Source: Hyphochytrium catenoides (taxonomy: Eukaryota > Protista > Hyphochytriomycota). Taken from it: 53,891 bases of DNA. Under the pieces are notes generated by a model. The model searched no databases, was not told the origin of the DNA, and saw only the letters and a program-made list of their open reading frames with translations. Each line of letters opens with the position of its first letter. The first letter of the stretch is position 1. Of the stretch, positions 45,601 to 53,891 are shown piece after piece. The translations under genes and the position numbers were made by a program. The stretch is taken from assembly GCA_900088475.1 (NCBI GenBank), contig FLMG01001958.1:1-53891 (forward strand), read 5' to 3'.

Positions 45601-48600
45601 ACTAGGGAAAGATTGATCAACCCCCGAAACCAGAACAGTAAGAGATGGCAAACGAGGCCAAAGATTTACGTTTGAAAGACCAAAAGACTGAAAGATAGAC
45701 AGCTCTTTACTAGTTTGGCGTACCATATGCAAAGGACTCTGATGAGTCCCACTTAGCTGGTTCGGATCGGCGCCTAGAGATATGAGCCTCTTGAGCAGTA
45801 GAGGGTAGTTGTAGAAACAAGCGTAGTGCAGTAGAGAGAACCCTCTTTCATCCAAAGCGTTCAACTAGCCAATGCAACAGTAGGGGGCACGGTAGACGGG
45901 CAGAAGGTCGCGTAAGTACGATGACTTTGGTGCCCATCAAAAGCGAAGAGAATCTTGAAAACGTCTTTGTTATGTCGCCAAGCCCAAACCTTCGGCGAGA
46001 TTGCTGCGAGACAAACTTACTTCCTCCATAAGCTCGGAATTATGCGCAGCCAACTCAAAGAGCTGGCCAGCAACGCGCTGAAGAAGTTCGTCCGAGAGAT
46101 GCTGCAACTGCTTGTCCTCTAGCTCCGCCACCTAAGTAAGCAGTCGGAGTTACAATCTGCTATGCGAGGCGCGTCGGTATATACTCCGGATGGAAATTTT
46201 AGATTGAACTAGTCTTCTGCTTCATCATCTCGCCCTCAATAACAATGGAGTCGTAGTGGGTTCGTCCCTGCACACGTTTTTCTCCAATCTTACCGCATAG
46301 TCATCCAAAAGACCGGAGTCAGCTGCCGGTTGTCCTTTATTTTCCAGATCCCTCGAAGTAATATCAGAAGATTCTTGGGAGCCCTCTATTAGGCGGATTT
46401 TTAACTGACGAATGGCGCCCTCTGAGCGATAGCGTTCATGAAAGAAGGACCATTAGCCAAAATTGTCATCCCGGTGAAGCAGTAGAATGGATTGGCTACC
46501 TCCACCCCCATTCCCAGTGTTGAAGCCTGGAAGGGTAGTCGGCCGTGATCGACACGGCCGCTTTCCGGATCCGCCATTTTCTGACCTCAAGGTCTGTAGA
46601 AATTTCACAAAGTAAACAAAGGACAAAGGGTGGCTGAGAAAGGAGACAGATGCAGGTTTACGCCGTCCGAGGAGTTTTAGAAGGCCATTAAGGTCCATTA
46701 ATCAGCTGAATGGGCTACCTCATTAGACTGGACGATGCTCTCCTTAGAAACAGGACCTGTCGTCTGAAGTTCGAATGCCATGTCTCTCCGATACTGGGGT
46801 GCATCCTTCCAACGATACTCAAATCGCACTCCCTTCGACAGGCGTCGGCCGCTAGCAGTCGCAACCAAAAAGAGCTCGACGTCTCCTCGATTGGCAGGGG
46901 GAGCTACAGAGCAAAAGGAAGAAGAAGGCGCGGGGCGTGGCTTCAGCATTACAGAAAGGGGCATAGTGCGCGGAAGCTGCGACTCAAGTAACCCCAAAAC
47001 CGTAGCGGGCCTAGGGTTGAAGAAGTACAGAAGCTAACGTGGAGGCCTCGGTAGTGATCGTGCCTGCGACTCTTATCAATCTCTAACCTGTAAAACGTAG
47101 CACTGAAGACGAGATCACGTCTGCATCAACTTGAGAGGAGCCGATACAACACGAGATTCCCTCTTCCAAGTCCGTGCCTCGCAAAGCGCTGTCCAAGCAG
47201 ACAAGTATTTTTGCCCCTCCCTCCTCATAGTCCCACGAAGGGGCATACTCTATAATGACCCTCAATGTTTCCTCCTTGTCGCTATCCTGGTTTTCCGTAT
47301 CATCTGTGAAGGTAAAAACAGTGAGCGTGACCGAAGCAGAGTGAGAAGGGGTCGGGTAAGGAGGACTATAAAGGTGCGAACAGCGACCCAGCGGCACTGA
47401 TGGAGCGAGCGGCTCTAACCACAAAAGCCAAAAAACGGAGCTACAAGCCACATCACGATCGGATCACTTAGAGGTCAAGCAGTGTAACAGCGATCTATAA
47501 CTGAAGCTGTTGCAGTCATGATAATGAGTCTGGCAACATTAGGAGGAGCCAATAGGAGCAAGATTTGCAGCTATTTAACGCCTGTGGTAAGGACCGTCAT
47601 TGAATCTCCTCATCTCACCGCTCTCCTCTAGCAAGTCCATTAGTGGGTCTTCTTCCAATTCCATAGCTGCGGGCAACGGTAGACTATCCAACATTTGCAT
47701 GGTCTCGTCCATAACCTCATCTAGCAATCCAAATTCACATTGCGAACGTGAGGACAATGGCATGAACGGGAAATGTACCAGTTGAAGATCTTACCGTCGA
47801 GAATTCCAGCTGTGGCATTGAAGATATCAGCTACAGGGCTAGAGAATAGCTCTTCAGAATCAGAAGATCGCTTCTCATGCTCAGCAACGGATGCTCTTGC
47901 TGTTGAAAAGCATTAGTGAATGTGGAAGTTCTTAGCGCTTTCTATAACTCGCGCAGACCGCGTCGCTACGTGATGATGTCAAACGAATTCTTCTTTCCTA
48001 TACCCACGAAATGACCTTGCAAGCTTTAACGTAAGAATAGCCCTAACCCTAGCCTTTCTGGCTTTGCCTGTCCTCCCAAAAACCTTACCAGAAGGCTGCT
48101 TAGCAAGTATTAGTGCCCCCGCGTAGTCATCCTGCTTCTTCCTCTCATCAAAATAGTGGACCAGGACCAAAGAGTCATTTGGATGGTCTAGTAGCCGATA
48201 CACTCGTCGGTGGAAGGACTAGAGAGAACAGCCTATAAATGGGAGAAGACGCTCAAAAATAACATACATCTACGGATAACCCTTACCGGTGTGATGCTAT
48301 GATGGGCATAGCAGCAATATAGCACAACATGTCCCTCTACCTTCAGCTTCATGTGGTGCTCACGCACCTGAGAACAGCGAGAGCAGCTTGAGTACGCCCA
48401 GACTTAGCAGCAGACCCAACAGTTTCTCAGAAATAGAGAGCTCAAAGAATAGAAGGAGAAGATGAAGAGGCTTCTTTATGTCTATCACGTACCCCATTGG
48501 TCGTGCCCTTCTTCTGCCAGTTGTGTCCATCGTTTCTGAACCTCTTGACTTTATGACGGTCATAGATAATGATGGTGCCACCTGGAGAATAATAAGGTAA

Positions 48601-48876
48601 GCCAGACGACCAACACGGCCCGTACACGCCTTCAGGCGTCAGGTACTCACTCTCAGGAGTCTGAACTGGCTGGTACGTGATGGGAATACCGAAAGCTGAG
48701 TGGTTTGTCAAAATAGTAAAGACCTCCTTGTTCACCAGCCATCTTTTCTTGGCCGCAGCGAGTAAAAGCGGCGCCTTGCTGAGGACCGAACCCACATCAA
48801 TTTGAGGGAGCTTGCTGCAGCATGGCGCTTCTTCTAAGTCTGCCATCCCGGATACGCCATGTTCGGGTGTGAACAT
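42691..48876 (-). CDS. CAMTA: Calmodulin-binding transcription activator (CG-1, TIG/IPT, ankyrin, IQ)
   Basis: CG-1: KRWLVNKEVFTIL..YDRHKVKRFRNDGHNWQKK..VREHHMKLKV..YAH..FHRRVYRL..LVLVHY (48160-48800). TIG: IIEYAPSWDYEEGGAKILV (~47200). Ankyrin: GFSLLHYACFYNY..SPLHMAAGSGHLDIV (45300-45870). IQ motifs: IQHNVRAWL, LQATTR, VQAATRSMLAR, FQAATRGVLER, IQRNI. Last exon 42928-42691. Start at 48876 or 48846. Confidence 0.92.
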
Positions 48877-50060
48877 GGAGTAGAACACGTTGTCCTTCCG
48901 CCAATTATGGGACCCCGCTAGCGGCCGTCCTCACCAGCTGGTGGCTGCGATCACTGACAGAGGCACCCGATCAGCCACATCCGTTTAGGTTCACCACCGA
49001 GCCTTTACTTCCTTTTGGATAAGCCGTTACGGACGAGGAGGAGTATCTAGAGCTCTCGTCACGCAAGGCAAAAACGAACAATCCCACCGGACAGCACCAT
49101 TAAAGGGCTCCACTTCCGTTCTTATCCCAGACTAACCCATACGCCATACGACCACCAGCATACGAAATGACCTGCTCTCATGGGCGTGCGTTAGTGAGGT
49201 TCTATGCCCAACCCTTCCTTTTCAGAGCTTTGCTCGCACCAGAATGAGCTTGAGGAGCTGTCTGCAAAAAGGCCTGGTCAATGCAGCTGCAGCATCAGAT
49301 AGGAACTTTTCCAATGACAGAGCGGTGACAACAACAAGCGTGTCCCCTCTTCGTCTGATGATGGCGGGTAATTTTACCGGAACTGCTTGTCAATAATCCA
49401 ACATAATGACATTCTGGGGCTAATGCTACTCAAGCGGAATACAATATTACTGATAATATCAGTTAGTAACCCAGTCATCAGGAATAGAGCCTCTTGTGTA
49501 CAGTTTTTGACACACTATTATTGCCTTCTTGTAAAACTTAATGTCGATCCCACTCCTGAGAGCTCCCCCTGGGGTGATGGCTGTTCTTTCACACCGCCTC
49601 GAAGTTGATGAAGAGAAGTTCTCAATGAGCTGGAAAGGTCAACAAGCTTTGAAACTTCCTCTCGAGACATGGTCACCTCTTACGCTGCACTCGAGGGAGG
49701 AGCTATACATCATACTTCGCTTTACTCAGCAGTGCAAGCCTCATCGCTGAAGAACAGTGATCGGTGCTAGGGGTGATGGACCTGGAGGTGTAGCCCTCGC
49801 GAGCTCGGTGGGCACCATCCAGTGTAAACCTTGCCGAGCAGGAAGTGCCCTGAGGCTGCACTCCTTTGCCCTCGAGGAGGACTAAAGCACCGTCCTTCAA
49901 GGCAGTGCAATACGTAAGCTATCAGATATGCCAAACGGGGGCCGCTGATGGATGGGTGCGCTGTTTGAACAGCTGCATTTGGAGCTTATCGTTCAGCCTC
50001 GTGACCCTCGGTCAGGTGTCGTTGTTCTGTTACTCTCGTAGGCGACGTAATTTGACCTAA

Positions 50061-53000
50061 ATGGAGCAAGACAAGTCCGCGGTGAATGACGACTCGTCAG
50101 CAGTTGAAAGCTATGGGAGTGGGTTTTCGCTTTCTGCTGACGCAAAAAGACTCCCGAAGTCAAGTTTGGAGTTAGACGATGATTGGAGACCGCCTCCGCC
50201 TCCCCCTCTCCTCTTTTTAAGGCGCATTCAATCCAATGATCCGGAGGCGGTAAGCCACAATTGCTACGGGTGCGACGTGCCGTGAATCGCTAAGCATTCC
50301 ATATCTTGTTAGTCCCCTGATAGCCATGGCACGACTGACGCCGACGAGCCTATCGTAACTCGTCCTCGAAGAGCCACCATTAGCACTCAGGTCCGCTTCA
50401 TCTCTTCTTGGTTCTCTCGCTTTTATTTTGCACTCTCTCTAGCCCCCACGTGAGAACCTTTCCCATTGCTTTCTTGTGCATCAGAACAGCGCTTTATGGT
50501 GTACCTTCGCTTCTGTGTAGGAAGGGGGATTGATCGACCGAACTACCCTGCCAGTCGACGTCGACGGAACCTCTAGCTTCAAACGCTCGAAGGTGAAGAG
50601 ATTGGGATCTCCAACTATGAGCATCTTCAAGCACACGCCTAGGAGGAGGTCGTCGACGGTTTCTCAAGGAGGCTCTGGAGGGGTTACTTCACGTCCTCAT
50701 AGCGCATCGGCCGAAAGTTCAAGCTGGCAAGGAGAAGCCTTGGAGGGAGCGCCAACAGGCTATAGCGAGGCTCCAGACAAGGCACGTTATTTCTTCCCCT
50801 TGAATGACACGAGGGAAGCAACAGGGAGTGCTGAAAGCGAAAGACCCGTGGCAAATGATGTGTCCTCAGTGGTAGCGGTTTTGAGCGGGGAGCCACTATC
50901 TTCAGTCGTTGCGTCTGGGGAAAATCCTCCGACGATCCTTCATGATACCAAAGAGAGTCCATCTCATTTTGAGTCTAAGGTCAAGATAGCTACACCCCGC
51001 GCAGCGCATAAACCACAAGGAGAGGTTGTGCTAGGAAAAGAAGAGCAGATGCCAAGGACGCCGACTTCTCCCATGCCAAACATTGATCCCGAAGAGAATG
51101 AGATATTTCGCCGCTATGCAATGGTCCTAGAGGTAGTCAACGCCGAAACTTTTTTCTCAGGAGTCTGTTATTTGTGCTTTCATTGTCTCTAATGGTCGAC
51201 TTGCAGACTGAGGAGCGAGTGAGACAGCAGATACAAGAGCTTGAGAGTGCAGGGAGGCCTATAGGTAACTGATACGACGGAGAGAAATCTGAGGTGAAGG
51301 GAAGTGGGAGGTGGAAGACAATCAAGACTCACCTCGAAACTGGATGGCAGGACTCCAGTGCAGCAGCACATGACCTATAGACGGAAAGAAGTATAGGAGC
51401 CAAAACTTCCCTTGCTGACAATGGCCCTCTTGTTATGAACTGTAGATAGGACGCTATGGCACCTCTACAAGGAGCTCGCAGTGCTACTTCAGACCACAGA
51501 CCGATTGGAAGAAGCAGTAGAATTGCTTCAGGCTTTTCTTGTCAGGGTTCAGGAGGAAAAGGAAGGTACGATTTGCCCCTGCTAGCCAAATCAGGCTCAT
51601 AGACCTCCTGCCCATAAGAACTATGGCCTATCATATGCCGCGTTCATTCATTGCACGTCAGCATAGGTTCCTTTTGCTATCCTCGATGAGAGTGATGTTG
51701 CAGAGTGTACTGCTGAGACTATCCATATCGATGGCTAAACCTTTTTTGCTGGGCAGAATCCCTCAGCGCTGATGTAGCGTCTGATCTTGGCGCCCTCTAC
51801 CGGCTGGTAGGGAATGAGAAGCAAGCTGCCCATTTTCTGGAGCTTGGGCTTTCTAAACGAACAGAGGTAAGTGTATTGACTGAAGAAACGTTTACACAAT
51901 AAAGATATGGTCTAATATTCTTGGACCAGTCTTTCGGATCAGCCCACGAAAAGACGGCTTCTTGCTTCAGCCTCCTTGCCTTACTGGCACAAAGGTAGAT
52001 CCAGCCCGATATGTTTGGTATCAGTCTCGCAAGCTCTATGTCCACCAGTCCTCGCTCTGCCTCTTAGCTTCTTTTTGTATCTATCGCTTGCTTATTGCAG
52101 AGACCAAGTTCCAGAGAAAGCAGAGGCCAGGCACTTGAAATCAATTCAAATTTATAGTCAGATCTTCCCATCTCCGGTTGCTTCAGTTGCAGGAACTCCC
52201 AAAGATGGGCAGAAAAGAGCTGTAACTCATGATGAGAGAGCCCATATGCGTCTAAATGCGGGCACAAGAGAGAGGGTTACGAACAAAGAAAGTTCTCTGC
52301 GTTCTCAGGTACACACCTTCTCAGGCTACCAGTGTTTCCGTTTCTCTTGAGGGCGCTCGAAAACCTCTTGTTCGGATGACGGTGGTGCTTTCGCGAGCGT
52401 ATTCTCACGTGCCCAAACCATCAAGCCCTCAACTACTGCTCTGGATACCTAGGTTGGGTCTGAAGTTTCCGAAGCCAGTGAACCAGACTTCGCCCCTATC
52501 CTGACTTCTTCACACAAAGGTAAGGAAGACTAAAGCCAAGCATGTTTACCACTCAAACACGCGGTCTTACACTTTCCGACCAGCTAAGGCCCCTCTTCTC
52601 TCTCCCTTTCTCTCTCTCTTTCTCTCTCTCTCTTTTTTATTAAACTAACTCTTCTACGGTCAGACTTCTCCAACGGTCCCAGCCCAAATTCTGAGGGTCG
52701 AAGAAGCAAATCAGTTGACGTCACTAGCACCTTCAGGTGATATCCCTCGTACACACACCTTGTCACCCGTCTGATATTTAATCTTCATGCATCGTTGACT
52801 CTTTCAGAAGTTTTACAGATCTCAACCTGCCTCAAGACCTCAAAGTGGCTGAAACCATGTCGGCATTCACAGAGTAAGTGGAAGTTGCACTGAAAAGCAT
52901 ACAAGCTGTCTCTTAACATGGGCTATAGTTTAGTGTGAGGGAGACGCATGGTGTGCCAAATCTGCCCAGTGGGGTTTGAATGGTTATAAATGCTTATGAC

Positions 53001-53891
53001 CTAACAGCGAATCATTGCTTCCAATGTCTAGGGACAAAGATCTCACCCCACCAAATGCAGTAGAGCAAACTGCAGATGTAAAGACGTTGGTCGAAGCTCT
53101 GCGAGTGCTTCATCACAACGTTAAGGATGGTGAAACAGGATGGAAGGGTGAGTTTGCGCGGCTGCAGGAGCTGGAAGAAGCTCTACCTGAAGGGGATGCC
53201 AAAGACCTTAGCCGTGCATACTCACCACTTTTGGGAGATCTTTTGATCAGGAAGACTAAGAAGCCTCATGAGGTACTCTTACCAGCGTTACTTGTTACTT
53301 CCGTGTCCGTGCTGTTAAGAATCCTTTCCTTGTATCCCGTGAATGTCAGCTCCTTCCAGTCGTCCAAGGGTACTTAGAGAAGTGTAGCGCTTCCATGTTT
53401 CGCTCGTGGGATCGTCGGTGGTTTGTTGCCGACCCAGTCCAATTTGTCGTTCGATATTGGAAGACTGCGGAGGACGCCGAGAATGGCTTAAGCCCTCGAG
53501 GCTTCTTTTGCATCAAGGACATTCTAGATATTATACCTCTGCCGAAGTGAGTGTGCCTCTTGTAGTCCCAAAGATGCGGTCTCACATCTCTATTCCACAG
53601 CAGGAAGCCCTTACACAGGTTCCAGATCACTACGGGCACTACCCTGCCTGGGAGGTCAGAAGTGGCAATGCAGGTATGGGACAACTGATATGGCGTTTAC
53701 TTGTGTTCTGATATGATAAGATGGATCTGATGCCATCCCATCATAATTTACGTCTCTTCTAACCATAGTCTTTAGCTTTGCACTGACCAATGCCCTTTTC
53801 CTCTACGCTTACCAGCGAACCTGGGACCTACGAGGGGAGAGTGAAGACCAGATGATCTATTGGGTCACCTCGCTGGCTAAGTATCAGCAGT
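50061..53891 (+). CDS. Protein with low-complexity N-terminus, kinesin-light-chain-like TPRs and a PH domain (3'-partial)
   Basis: Spliced TPR exons: LWHLYKELAVLLQTTDRLEEAVELL; VASDLGALYRLVGNEKQAAHFLELGLSKRTE SFGSAHEKTASCFSLLA..KAEARHLKSIQIY (51450-52170). PH: VQGYLEKCSASMFRSWDRRWFV (~53360) to RTWDLRGESEDQMIYWVTSL (~53820-53875). Junctions at 52310-53030 are not fully resolved. Confidence 0.78.
52594..52631. repeat. (CT)n microsatellite, intronic
   Basis: Directly visible. Confidence 0.9.

Noticed and set aside
19358-48876. Functional calmodulin cluster (IQ myosin plus CAMTA)
   Set aside because: Separated by unrelated genes; co-location is plausibly chance without synteny data.
1-53891. 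CRISPR arrays, tRNA/rRNA genes, prokaryotic operons
   Set aside because: No repeat-spacer arrays or RNA-gene signatures noticed by eye, and the sequence is spliceosomal-intron eukaryotic DNA. A tRNAscan/Infernal run would be needed to exclude small RNAs.

Overview
Intron-rich eukaryotic genomic DNA (about 50% GC, GT-AG introns of about 60-300 nt, often with CTAAC/CTGAC branch points). A stramenopile-like protist is inferred from gene content, not shown. Manual splicing gives eight protein genes: an ARM/Cys-rich protein (8190-10794 +), an RA-PH-RGS protein (13859-17058 +), a 21-exon unconventional myosin (19358-27736 +), a long LRR protein with embedded WW-like domains (27912-37863 -), a small coiled-coil protein (39465-40021 -), a probable mitoribosomal mL40 (40938-42423 +), a CAMTA transcription factor (42691-48876 -) and a TPR-PH protein running off the end (50061 onward, +). 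Outside the ARM gene, the first 13.6 kb is mostly decayed retroelement-like sequence, with a phased CCAAT array. Main finding: the myosin splices in frame into a C-terminal Ras-association (RA) + PH module. That module is an old partial duplicate of the adjacent RA-PH-RGS gene, sharing seven intron positions and phases, three identical exon lengths and a relic eighth donor site. The pair may form a G-protein/GTPase-coupled motor system. All gene models are manual and need RNA-seq confirmation.
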